A DNA stretch of 64,000 bases from an uncultured Gemmatimonadaceae bacterium (GTDB lineage: Bacteria; Gemmatimonadota; Gemmatimonadetes; Gemmatimonadales; Gemmatimonadaceae). Both the position numbers and the translations under genes were made by a program. The notes beneath the pieces were generated by a model that saw nothing but the letters and a program-made list of their open reading frames with translations, searched no databases and had not been told where the DNA came from. The DNA lies in assembly GCA_963817955.1 (NCBI GenBank), contig CAWFQK010000004.1, forward strand, positions 1,600,001-1,664,000. Reading direction: 5' to 3'. Positions 1 to 8,698 of the stretch are shown in pieces (position 1 is the first letter of the stretch; each line of letters begins with the position of its first letter).

Positions 1-2
1 AT

Positions 3-824
3 AATGTCACTGACGTCGGGTTCGACGTGCCGTCGACATTCCTGCACGAACTCCAGCACCTGATCTCCTTCTCGCAGCACGTCGTGATTCACAACGGCAA
101 CCCCGAATTCGGATGGCTGGACGAGGGGTTGAGCATCATCGCCGAGGAGCTCGGTTCCGTCTATTACGAGCAGAAATGTCCAGGGACGGCGTGTCGCACG
201 GATCCCACACAGATCTTTCCTGATTCGTCGCAGGGGTTCGTCACCGACTTCCTCTTCGACTCGTACGAGTACGCCCTGGAACCGGATACCGCGAGCGTGA
301 CGCTGCAGGACGACTCGGCCGACGGCTTTTCCTGGCGCGGGGGCGACTGGCTGCTGACGCGCTGGCTGGGCGACCAGATGGGCAACGCAGTATATAAGAA
401 ACTTGATCAAAACTCTGTGACCGGCGTCGCCAACATCGAATCCGTCACGGGCCAGCCGTTCCCGGCACTCTTTGCCAATTTTGGCCTCGCGCTCTACACG
501 GACAGTCTGCCCGGCCTTCCCCGGTCCACCGCTCCGGCGGCAAACCGGTTCCTCACACGAAACGTGCGCCAGTTATGGGCGCGCCTGTACTCCACGTCGG
601 GTGGGTACGGCGGATTCCCATTCGCATTCCCGCTGCCCGTTCACGTTCTGGGAACGGACACGACGACCGTCACGATGTTTCCGGGAACGAGCTCGTACTA
701 CCGACTGAACACCGCCACGAGTGCGGCTACGGTCACCATTCAATTCTCGGCGCCAGGCGGCGTACCCCTGTCGGCTGCTCTGAAGCCGCAGCTCGCGGTC
801 TTTCGATTGCCGCCGGGGGCGTGA
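3..824 (+). CDS. Zinc metallopeptidase-like protein, C-terminal part (5' end is outside the window)
   Basis: Frame is open from the window start. HExxH motif (LHELQH) followed by WLDEGLS, which provides a third zinc ligand as in gluzincin-type peptidases. Confidence 0.7.
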   Translation, partial: NVTDVGFDVPSTFLHELQHLISFSQHVVIHNGNPEFGWLDEGLSIIAEELGSVYYEQKCPGTACRTDPTQIFPDSSQGFVTDFLFDSYEYALEPDTASVTLQDDSADGFSWRGGDWLLTRWLGDQMGNAVYKKLDQNSVTGVANIESVTGQPFPALFANFGLALYTDSLPGLPRSTAPAANRFLTRNVRQLWARLYSTSGGYGGFPFAFPLPVHVLGTDTTTVTMFPGTSSYYRLNTATSAATVTIQFSAPGGVPLSAALKPQLAVFRLPPGA

Positions 825-908
825 TGAGCGGCGGAGCGCCGAGGCGGGGAGACGGCTTGTCTTTCTACCGCATTGCGGGCGTCGGGGGCGGGGACGGGTG
901 TTTCTTTT

Positions 909-986
909 AACGCAGAGGTCGCAGAGAACTGCAAGAGAGCTGCAGAGAACTGCAGAATAAAAGGGAACTGCAAAAGGGAACTGTAA
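909..986 (+). repeat. Degenerate tandem array of (A/G)GAACTGCA units; left arm of an inverted array pair
   Basis: Sequence reads gcagagaactgca...gcagagaactgcag...gggaactgca...gggaactgta. Confidence 0.75.
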
Positions 987-1148
987 GCGTACAGAAGAGG
1001 GAAGCGCGTATTGATGGAATGAACCGTGATTGCCGAGTCCACAATCATTCCGCTTATATCGTTGATGATCCCGACCTGGGCGATACCATCGGACCGTCAA
1101 CGACGGCATCAGCCAAGCCCGCCAGGCGAGACAATCCTTCACGGTCCT

Positions 1149-1198
1149 CTGCAGTTCTCCTGCAGTTCTCCTGCAGTTCTCCTGCAGTTCTCCTGCAG
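1149..1198 (+). repeat. Tandem 11-mer CTGCAGTTCTC x4.5; reverse complement of the 909-986 unit
   Basis: Exact copies at 1149, 1160, 1171 and 1182, plus a partial copy at 1193. Confidence 0.95.
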
Positions 1199-1252
1199 TG
1201 GTCAGTATACGGGTCATGCGCACCAGGGCGCCTGGCTTGCAGGCCACTAACG

Positions 1253-1328
1253 CCGGTCGGCGAGGTTCGAGTTTCCAGTGGTGAGTTGTGCGTTGTGAGT
1301 TTCTCGTGTCCCGTGGGACACGGGACAC
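1253..1328. repeat. Dispersed 48-bp element (copy 1) followed by a GTGTCCC/GGGACAC heptamer hairpin
   Basis: 1253-1300 matches 22864-22911 at 47 of 48 positions; its first 17 bp recur at 26804-26820. Confidence 0.9.
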
Positions 1329-1414
1329 TCAGCGCAGGGCGATACGCGGGGGGCAGGGCAAGTTCGCCAGAGCGCCCGGGTCCTCCAGCCGCCACCCAAG
1401 GAGCGCCTGATGGC

Positions 1415-2989
1415 TCAAGCCCAAGTCCAACGCTCGCGAGCCAGCGCCGAGTCGCCCGCGCAGTTCGCCAGCCAGGCCACGCGCATCGCGGCGAGTGAGA
1501 AGGTCGTGTCGGCATGCGACGCTCGCTGATACTCCTCGATTGCCTCAGCCGCGCGGCCGGCTGCCACGAGCCGCTCACCGGATAGAAAGGCCCGATACGC
1601 GTTCAGCGACGCGGTGGGCGGCATCGACTCGCCGGCAGCGCCACGGCGGCCGTGCGCCTCCACATCGACAATCAGGTTGAGCGCGAGGGTATCGACAAGC
1701 GCAAAGAGGTCGTCCGCGCGTCCGCTCGCCATTGCGCTCGCCACGACGCTCGTGTCACGGTAGACGCGGGCATCCAGCTCGGTGCGTCGTCCGCTGCGCG
1801 TCAGGCTGGCGAGCACAAACCATCCAGCGCCTTCCGTGGCGGCGATCCGGCGCGCCTGCTCGAGATCCAGCCCGCGCTCGCCGCCCGCGTTACTTCGTGA
1901 AATGGCCACCGACGATCCGACCACGCCGTCGAGGCGCGTGGCGAGCAGATCACCTAATCCGCGCGACAATCTCGCGGGAACGGAGTCGCCATAGATTGCG
2001 AACGGAAGAATCGACACCGACGTCCCGCGAGCCACAGCCGCCGGCAGCGACCGCATCGAAAGCAGCATGTTCGCTCCGAGGACAGCGGCGCCGCACGCGG
2101 CGAGTCCGAGGACCGACAATGCGGCGAGCTTTGCACGACCGGCAACGGCATCGCGGTAGAAGTTGCGCACCCGGCGCTGCAATGCTGTGAGGGCGCCGGA
2201 CGAATCGGCAGGCGCCGTCACCCTCGCCGCTCCGTCGGCTATCGAGGCCGGCGCCACGACGGGGACTGCTGCCACCTCGGCGTGCCGAATGGCGTGCGAC
2301 AGCTCGAGCAACTCGGCGTGTGCAGGTTGGCCGAGTTGCTCCTCGGCGTACAGCCGAAAATCTTCGAATACGCGGAGCGCCTCTTCCTTTGCACCAAGTT
2401 CCGCGAGCGCCGTCATCGCGCGCCGCACATTAGACGGATCAGCGGGACGGAACTCGAGGGCTCTCCGGGCCGCGGCCATTGCCGCGTTCATGTCACCATG
2501 CATACGCATGGTGACTTCCAATCTCCAGGCAGCAGCGACCGCGATGTCGCGCAATTGGCGTTGACGCGTGTCGAGCCATTGCTCGAGCTCCGCTGAGCCC
2601 GACAATCGCACACCCTCCAGGAAATCACCGGAATACAGCGCGAGCGCGTCCTCATCTCGGCTATCCCGCGACGCGCTCTCGAGCTCCGACACATCGCACC
2701 ATGCTTCGCTCGGCGACAACCCGATCTCGTCCGCGCCGCCACCCACGATCGCGCCGGCGCCGAGCGAGCGCCGCAGCACGTACACGGTATGCCGGAGCGC
2801 GCGCCGCGCCTCGGGCTCTGCATGCTCTGGCCAGAAGAGAGGCAGCAGCGTGTCACGGCGGTGCATGCCGATCGGTTTCGCCGCGGCGATATACGCCAAC
2901 ACTGCGATGCGCTTTGCGCCGACCAGCGGAACCGGCCGCCCATCTTCGGTCGTGGCCGAGAAGCCGCCCAGCAATCGCAACCGAATCAC
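1415..2989 (-). CDS. SARP/BTAD-family transcriptional regulator with TM segment, TolB-N-like and TPR region
   Basis: N-terminal MIRLRLLGGF...RRDTLLPLFWPE...ALRHTVYVLRR winged HTH; BTAD motif LYSGDFLEG; hydrophobic segment; ILPF motif. Shorter than its upstream paralog. Confidence 0.85.
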   Translation of the reverse strand: MIRLRLLGGFSATTEDGRPVPLVGAKRIAVLAYIAAAKPIGMHRRDTLLPLFWPEHAEPEARRALRHTVYVLRRSLGAGAIVGGGADEIGLSPSEAWCDVSELESASRDSRDEDALALYSGDFLEGVRLSGSAELEQWLDTRQRQLRDIAVAAAWRLEVTMRMHGDMNAAMAAARRALEFRPADPSNVRRAMTALAELGAKEEALRVFEDFRLYAEEQLGQPAHAELLELSHAIRHAEVAAVPVVAPASIADGAARVTAPADSSGALTALQRRVRNFYRDAVAGRAKLAALSVLGLAACGAAVLGANMLLSMRSLPAAVARGTSVSILPFAIYGDSVPARLSRGLGDLLATRLDGVVGSSVAISRSNAGGERGLDLEQARRIAATEGAGWFVLASLTRSGRRTELDARVYRDTSVVASAMASGRADDLFALVDTLALNLIVDVEAHGRRGAAGESMPPTASLNAYRAFLSGERLVAAGRAAEAIEEYQRASHADTTFSLAAMRVAWLANCAGDSALARERWTWA

Positions 2990-5697
2990 GGGCGACGCCT
3001 GGTGAGCCGCGCGAGATTGGCCGCCACATCGCGGACGATCGGCTGCATGAAGGCGTCGGCGTCACGCCAGCGCGTGAGCACCTCGCGGTACTCGGCGACC
3101 GCACTGGCCGTATCGCTGCTTGCCTCAGCGATGTGCGCGAGCGCCAGCGCCGCCGGTGCATAATAGATCCCGGCGTATCCCGGGTCTTCGGGCACGGCAC
3201 GCAGAAATCGTTCGGCGCGCCCGGGATCGCGGCTCGCCAACAGCAACCCGTGCAGATACCGTTCTCCAACCGCCGTGTAGGTCTCTACGGTGACAGTGGC
3301 TGCCTGGGTGGCCTGCGGAATGTGGGAGTCGTAGAGTGCCACGGCCGCAGCCGTGTCGCCGAGCGACAGCGCGATACGTGCGCGAAGCTGCGCGGAGAAG
3401 AGGCGCGCCACTTCGCGAATCGGTGGCGCGCCGCCCGCCGAGCGCAGCGAAGAATCGTCGGCCGCCGAAGCGTCCAACGCGTGGATCCGGGTCTGTACCG
3501 CCGCGACGTCGCCCCTGCGGGCGGCGAGCGCGCCGAGCACGTATTCGCGTCGTACATCGCGCAAATAGTCGCGGTTGCTCAGGAGCAGCACATCACCCTC
3601 GTGCGCGATCGAGTGCACGGGCGCGTGAAGCAGCGCCTCCTCCGCACGGCGGAGGAGTTCCGGTGAACCTGGCGCATAGGGCGACATGAGCAGCGACGCC
3701 CAGACCTGCGCCGCAAGTTGCTGGTCATAACCACCCATTTCTATCTCGCGCTCCGCCTCCGTCCAGCGACCCATGGCCGCCAGCAGATGCGCCGCGAGAA
3801 GATGCGATAGGCAGCGGACCGCGGGGCCCTGCGCAGGGTCGTCGAGTACGCGTGCAATCACGAGCGCTACAGCCGGCGAGCGGCCGTGCATCGCCACCCG
3901 CCAGCCAGCCATCTCCACACCGGCCGCGTTGCCGCTACGACTGGTCCGTCGTGCAGCCACCCGCAATCCCGCCGTGTCCGCCGATGTTCCCAGCGCAATT
4001 CGCAGCCCGAGAAGCTCGACCACTCGGTCCGCGGGTGGGTCGAGTGCCAGAGTCCCGGCGACGAGCGAGTCGAGGTCGCGCGCCCGACCCTGGAAGGCCG
4101 CAATGCGCGCGAGGTGCAGCCAGCCCACCGGATTGATTGGATCCAGGCGTACCACGCGCTCAAAGATCTGGCGCGATTCGGTGTACGGGCGGTTCATCCA
4201 TGGTCCGCGATGGAAATAGACCTCGCCCAGCTCCGCCCATCCGTCCACGTCCTCTGGGTAGTCGGCGACCACCCGCAAGAGACGCTGCTCCGCCTCTGAC
4301 GCGGACCGCAGTCGCAACGCCATACCCGCGAGCACGAGTTCCCGATAATGCGCCGGCAGGCGGTCGAGCCCGCGCTGTACTTCTTCGTCGATATGTTCGG
4401 TGGCGGCGAGCGTGATGCCGCTCCAGTCGAGGGCAACACTCAGCCTATACCAGGCAAGAGCAAAAGTGCTGTCGATCTGGGTGGCGCGTCGGAAACCGTC
4501 TACGGCATCGTCGAATGCTCCGCGGCGGAACGCCTGCTCAGCGCCGAGGTATGCGCGCAGGGCCGGAAAGGAGGATGTGGTCATTGCTGCGATCCGGCCA
4601 ATCTCCGACGAGCCTCTGGTCAGCTCCGGTGGAACCAGCCGCCTCGCGAGGTCATCCACCGCCGATAGCACGCTGTCCTGGCGCACCGCCACGGCGCTTG
4701 CAGCGCCCGCCACGCGGCCCTGCGCTGCGTAAAGAGTGGCGCGGAATTCGAGCCGGCCGTTGTCGGCGACGATGCTGCCGGCAATGAACTGATCGGCTCC
4801 GATCTCGCGTGCCAGCCGCGAGCCCACGTCTACCGACGTCGGGCCGCCGTGCGTGTTCGCCAGGTTGACCGACGTAAACGGATCGACAGTGCGCACGCCG
4901 GCCACCCCGTCGAGACGCGTCGCGAGCAGATCGACTATGCCGTCGGCGAGAAAGGACAGCCCCGGGTCGCCGACGAACTCGAACGGCAGTACGAGAACCC
5001 GGTGCCGAGTCTCCGCCGCGGCGACTGTCGCCACCCCCGGCTTGCGCGGCGCGCCGCTGGCGAGGCCTCCAACGAGCACGAGCGCGGACACGACCAGGGG
5101 GCGAAAGCGGCGATGCTTCGGCCGAAAGTGCGGCGCTGGCGGTGCCTGGGGACGCGCCGGCGATTCCGATTGCTCCGCTCCGTCGGCCCGAGCCGCCCGC
5201 GCGGCCAACCGCTGCAGCTCACCACGAATGCGCCGACGCTGCGTCTCGACCCAAAGTTCCCACGCACGGCCGTCGTCCACGACCACACCGTCGAGCAGAT
5301 CACCGCGGCGGTACAGGTAGACCGCGTCCTCAGCTGACCCGCGCTCGACGGCGTGTTCGAACTCCCACAGATCCACGCTGGGAAGCGGTTCCGCCAACCG
5401 AACTACGCCGCCTTCCTCGTCGATTCCAAGCGAGCAGGCGCGCAACGCTTGCAGTACAGAATCCAGCCGGCGATCGGCTGCCGTGGCGTCGAGATCGGGC
5501 CAGAGCAGGTCACAGAGCTGGCCACGCGCCATGCCGGTTGGGCAAACGGCGAGCGCGCCCACCACGGCAAGCCGGCGAGGGAACGCCGTCAGCTCGTGAA
5601 CCGCGCGGCCATCGGATCTCCGAACGTCAGGGAGGCCGAAGAGGTGCACCCGAACAGAATCGGGCGGTGCGTTGCCTTGTGGGGCCCTGCTCGGCAT
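2986..5697 (-). CDS. SARP/BTAD-family regulator with TM segment, TolB-N-like domain and TPR repeats
   Basis: VHLFGLPDVRR, LCDLLWPD, YRRGDLLDG, VLVLPFE and many TPR-like helices. Start moved to ATG 5697. Overlaps the next gene by 4 bp. Confidence 0.85.
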   Translation of the reverse strand: MPSRAPQGNAPPDSVRVHLFGLPDVRRSDGRAVHELTAFPRRLAVVGALAVCPTGMARGQLCDLLWPDLDATAADRRLDSVLQALRACSLGIDEEGGVVRLAEPLPSVDLWEFEHAVERGSAEDAVYLYRRGDLLDGVVVDDGRAWELWVETQRRRIRGELQRLAARAARADGAEQSESPARPQAPPAPHFRPKHRRFRPLVVSALVLVGGLASGAPRKPGVATVAAAETRHRVLVLPFEFVGDPGLSFLADGIVDLLATRLDGVAGVRTVDPFTSVNLANTHGGPTSVDVGSRLAREIGADQFIAGSIVADNGRLEFRATLYAAQGRVAGAASAVAVRQDSVLSAVDDLARRLVPPELTRGSSEIGRIAAMTTSSFPALRAYLGAEQAFRRGAFDDAVDGFRRATQIDSTFALAWYRLSVALDWSGITLAATEHIDEEVQRGLDRLPAHYRELVLAGMALRLRSASEAEQRLLRVVADYPEDVDGWAELGEVYFHRGPWMNRPYTESRQIFERVVRLDPINPVGWLHLARIAAFQGRARDLDSLVAGTLALDPPADRVVELLGLRIALGTSADTAGLRVAARRTSRSGNAAGVEMAGWRVAMHGRSPAVALVIARVLDDPAQGPAVRCLSHLLAAHLLAAMGRWTEAEREIEMGGYDQQLAAQVWASLLMSPYAPGSPELLRRAEEALLHAPVHSIAHEGDVLLLSNRDYLRDVRREYVLGALAARRGDVAAVQTRIHALDASAADDSSLRSAGGAPPIREVARLFSAQLRARIALSLGDTAAAVALYDSHIPQATQAATVTVETYTAVGERYLHGLLLASRDPGRAERFLRAVPEDPGYAGIYYAPAALALAHIAEASSDTASAVAEYREVLTRWRDADAFMQPIVRDVAANLARLTRRRP

Positions 5698-5750
5698 CGA
5701 GATGGCGGAAAGGTCGTAGAGCGAGCCCGCGAACACCGAAATCGGGCGAA

Positions 5751-5791
5751 CAAACGGGCAGCAAACGGCCCGCAATTAGGGTTGCAAACGT
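5751..5791. promoter_or_regulatory. Candidate SARP-type operator: CAAACGG direct repeats at 11-bp spacing
   Basis: CAAACGG at 5751 and 5762, CAATTAG at 5773 and CAAACGT at 5785, in the divergent intergenic region. Confidence 0.4.
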
Positions 5792-5900
5792 ACCGCTCGG
5801 CAGCCACGACTGTCAAAGGTGGCCTACCCCCCCACGCCGCGGCACCGCAAGCGGACCGTTTGCTCGAACACCACACACACCTTTCTACCCCTCCGCGACG

Positions 5901-7259
5901 ATGCAGAACCGCCTCAGATACTTCCTCGCTCTCGCCGTCGGCATGGTCGCCCTGCCCGGCTCGATTGCTCAGGCCCAGACGCCCAAGACCGTGGCATTGA
6001 TCGAGGTCTATGGGGATCCACAAATCCACACTAGGCTGACGGGCGGAATCAGCAGCCAACCGGTGCTCGATTACGCGGAGCACGCCGCCGTAGAGGCGCT
6101 CGGCAAGAAAGGCATGCGCGTGCTGCCGCTGGCCGCCACCGCTGCGAGCGTCGCCGCCGTCTGGGACGATGCCTACCTCGCCGCCATGGAGCCGGCGCAG
6201 AAGCAAGAGATGCTTAAGAGTGGCCAGAGCTACAAGGATCTCGTTTCCGTGTACCGGCGGTACGACAAGATGGCGCATAGCTCCCTCACCTTTATGGCGA
6301 AGGACTACAACCGAGTCACGGCTGGACAGGGTGCCCTTCATTTCGATTTCGAGAACGCTGCTTACGGCAATTACTCGGACCCGAACGTCGCCAAGCGAGG
6401 CGATTTGACACGCGACTCGGTGTTTACCAACACCGTGGCGTTCCGGCGCGCACTTGGCGAGATAGCCAAGAAGGCTGGCGCGGACGCGTATATGCTGGTT
6501 CGCGTGCTGCCCCATTCGCAGAACCTGGAAAAGAGCTGGGAGGACAAGAATCACCCATTCTGGTCGCGTTCGGGCACCGTGAAGTCGGGCAACTTTTGGA
6601 TGGCCCGCGTGGACGTCGTCCTGAATTCCGTGACGGGCGATCAGCTCTACAAGGACTTCGCGCTCGCCATCGGGGACAAGTCCATTCCGTTCATGCAGAT
6701 GATGAAGATGAGCTACGACTCGGCGAGCGCGGTGGAAGGTGTCGAGCAGGGGTTCGCCATCGCCTTCAGCAAAGCCATGGAGCGGCTACCCGCGGCGGGC
6801 GATGCAGTCGTGGCCGACGCCAGCGTCTTCGCGCCGCCAACCGATGAGTCAAAGGCCGTGCTCAGTTCAATGGCGCCGAAGGCAGTCGCCTCGACCAAAG
6901 CCATCACCCCACAGGACCTCATAGGCAACTGGGAGCTGACCGAGGTGAACAACGCGCCGATTCCCTTTAACAAGCCAGACGGGGGGGTGATCGTAGGCGC
7001 AAACTACGAGTTCACCGCCACTGAGTTCCAATCGCATTGGCACCACATGATCCAGGAGAGGGGACAGGCCAAGGCGAAGGACTCGGATCTCAAAGGCAAG
7101 ATCAAGATCGACGGGTCCGTGGTGACCACCGAGGTGGACGGCTTCATGGCCAAGATCGTGGCGAAGTTCACCGGCAACCCGCCCTTCGAAATTCAGGAAG
7201 ACGGGAAGACCGCCAAGACGAACTATGAGAACCTGACCTTCACCTGGACGAAGAAATAG
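5901..7259 (+). CDS. Secreted hypothetical protein with a C-terminal lipocalin-like beta domain
   Basis: Signal peptide MQNRLRYFLALAVGMVALPGSIAQA from ATG 5901; LIGNWELTEVN motif near the C-terminus. Confidence 0.75.
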   Translation: MQNRLRYFLALAVGMVALPGSIAQAQTPKTVALIEVYGDPQIHTRLTGGISSQPVLDYAEHAAVEALGKKGMRVLPLAATAASVAAVWDDAYLAAMEPAQKQEMLKSGQSYKDLVSVYRRYDKMAHSSLTFMAKDYNRVTAGQGALHFDFENAAYGNYSDPNVAKRGDLTRDSVFTNTVAFRRALGEIAKKAGADAYMLVRVLPHSQNLEKSWEDKNHPFWSRSGTVKSGNFWMARVDVVLNSVTGDQLYKDFALAIGDKSIPFMQMMKMSYDSASAVEGVEQGFAIAFSKAMERLPAAGDAVVADASVFAPPTDESKAVLSSMAPKAVASTKAITPQDLIGNWELTEVNNAPIPFNKPDGGVIVGANYEFTATEFQSHWHHMIQERGQAKAKDSDLKGKIKIDGSVVTTEVDGFMAKIVAKFTGNPPFEIQEDGKTAKTNYENLTFTWTKK

Positions 7260-8195
7260 ATGACCGTCTCTGCATTGCGAGCCTGGATGGTGCTGGGCCT
7301 GGTCGCCGCGCCCGCGGTGCTGGCCGCCCAGCAAGGCTACGACCCAACAAAGGACGCGGTCGTGATCAACGCCGAGTCACCAGCGACGCTCACCGCCGCG
7401 ATCATCCAGGCCGCAGAGGTTGCCGGCACGCCGAAGAAGCCGGTGTTCCACATCGGCAGCTATCGTTCGGACTCCGGTTTTGTCCGTATGTACGAGGAGC
7501 ATTTGCTGGTCGACACGCTCGAGCGCGGATATGACTACGCATATTGCTCGACCAGCTACCAGGCGGGGTTCAACCGCGCGTGCTCGGAGGTCACCGTCGA
7601 GCATCACCTCGCCAAGGTCGACGACCGCGGAATGGTGACGACCTGGCGAATGGTGCGCTTTACTCAGGACAAGCCGGGCGAGTTTCGCGTGACGTTCGAG
7701 CGATTCGAGCCCACCTCCAACGGCTACGCGCGCGCCGTGACTAACGAGCGTGATCTCTTCTTCGACGCGACGCGCGCGTCGCTCAAGAAGCAGGGGCGCT
7801 CGTACGGCGCCGGAAGTTTTGGACCAAGCGGGGTGGATGCGAAAGGACTGGGCGAGTCGGAGAAGCGCGCCGCCGCCGCCAGCGATGGGCCCACGGGCGT
7901 CTATCAGTTGGTGACCGTGAACGATCAACCGCTGCCGTTCCCGATGGTGCCGTTCGGATCGATTGCGAAGGGCGAGTACGTGCTCGAGGGCGACGGCAGC
8001 TTCCACTCACTGATCTCGTCCAACATCGCCGCGTTCGATAGCAAGGGAAAATACAGCATCACTAATGGGATGGTGACCTTCAGCGGCGGCAAGGCGATGG
8101 ACGGGCGCCCCGGGCTCATCGTCGGCCGGATCGCGCACGACACGCTCACCTACTCGATGAGCGGGCAGCGTATGCGCTTCGTGAAGCAGCAGTGA
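7260..8195 (+). CDS. Secreted hypothetical protein with a C-terminal lipocalin-like beta domain
   Basis: Signal peptide ending VLAAQQ; GVYQLVTVNDQPLP resembles the motif in the upstream gene; abuts the previous stop codon. Confidence 0.75.
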   Translation: MTVSALRAWMVLGLVAAPAVLAAQQGYDPTKDAVVINAESPATLTAAIIQAAEVAGTPKKPVFHIGSYRSDSGFVRMYEEHLLVDTLERGYDYAYCSTSYQAGFNRACSEVTVEHHLAKVDDRGMVTTWRMVRFTQDKPGEFRVTFERFEPTSNGYARAVTNERDLFFDATRASLKKQGRSYGAGSFGPSGVDAKGLGESEKRAAAASDGPTGVYQLVTVNDQPLPFPMVPFGSIAKGEYVLEGDGSFHSLISSNIAAFDSKGKYSITNGMVTFSGGKAMDGRPGLIVGRIAHDTLTYSMSGQRMRFVKQQ

Positions 8196-8692
8196 CACTC
8201 AGACTCTGGGGTCACCGAATGATCATGAATACGACACCCACCACCGTCCTCGGACATGGCGTGAGGCTCGCGTGTGCCGTGCTGCTCGTTGTCGGCACAC
8301 TGGACGCCTGCGCCACCGCATTTCAGCGGGACCGCCCGATCTGGGCCGGGACGTTCGAGGACGCTCCAGCGTCGGGCGTAGCCGAATTGTATATCGGCGA
8401 CACGCGATACGAGACCAAAGTCCGACTGGACCTGCACGCCGCCGCCGGAACCGCCGTCCGTTGGCGTCTTGTTCAGGGAAGTTGTAAGCTGCCCGGCGGC
8501 GTTGCCGGGCCGGTCCAGCAGATGACGGATCTGGTGGCCGACCGCAGCGGCAATGCCATGCTGACGCGCGTGCTCACCATGCGTTCTCCCGTCGCGGGAA
8601 AGTACGCGCTGGTGCTCACGCTCGTCGCGGACGGCAAGTCACTCGGCTGCTCCGACCTGAAGGTGAAGCAACACCTGAGGGAAGTAGTCTAG
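8192..8692 (+). CDS. Hypothetical lipoprotein (start may be 8219 or 8226)
   Basis: Hydrophobic stretch with lipobox-like LDAC; Cys pair (QGSC, LGCSDL); 4-bp overlap with the upstream gene. Confidence 0.65.
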   Translation: MTLRLWGHRMIMNTTPTTVLGHGVRLACAVLLVVGTLDACATAFQRDRPIWAGTFEDAPASGVAELYIGDTRYETKVRLDLHAAAGTAVRWRLVQGSCKLPGGVAGPVQQMTDLVADRSGNAMLTRVLTMRSPVAGKYALVLTLVADGKSLGCSDLKVKQHLREVV

Positions 8693-8698
8693 CGGGAC

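Noticed and set aside
5142..5900. N-terminal extension of ORF 5142..7259
   Set aside because: It overlaps the SARP gene on the opposite strand; the signal peptide starts at ATG 5901.
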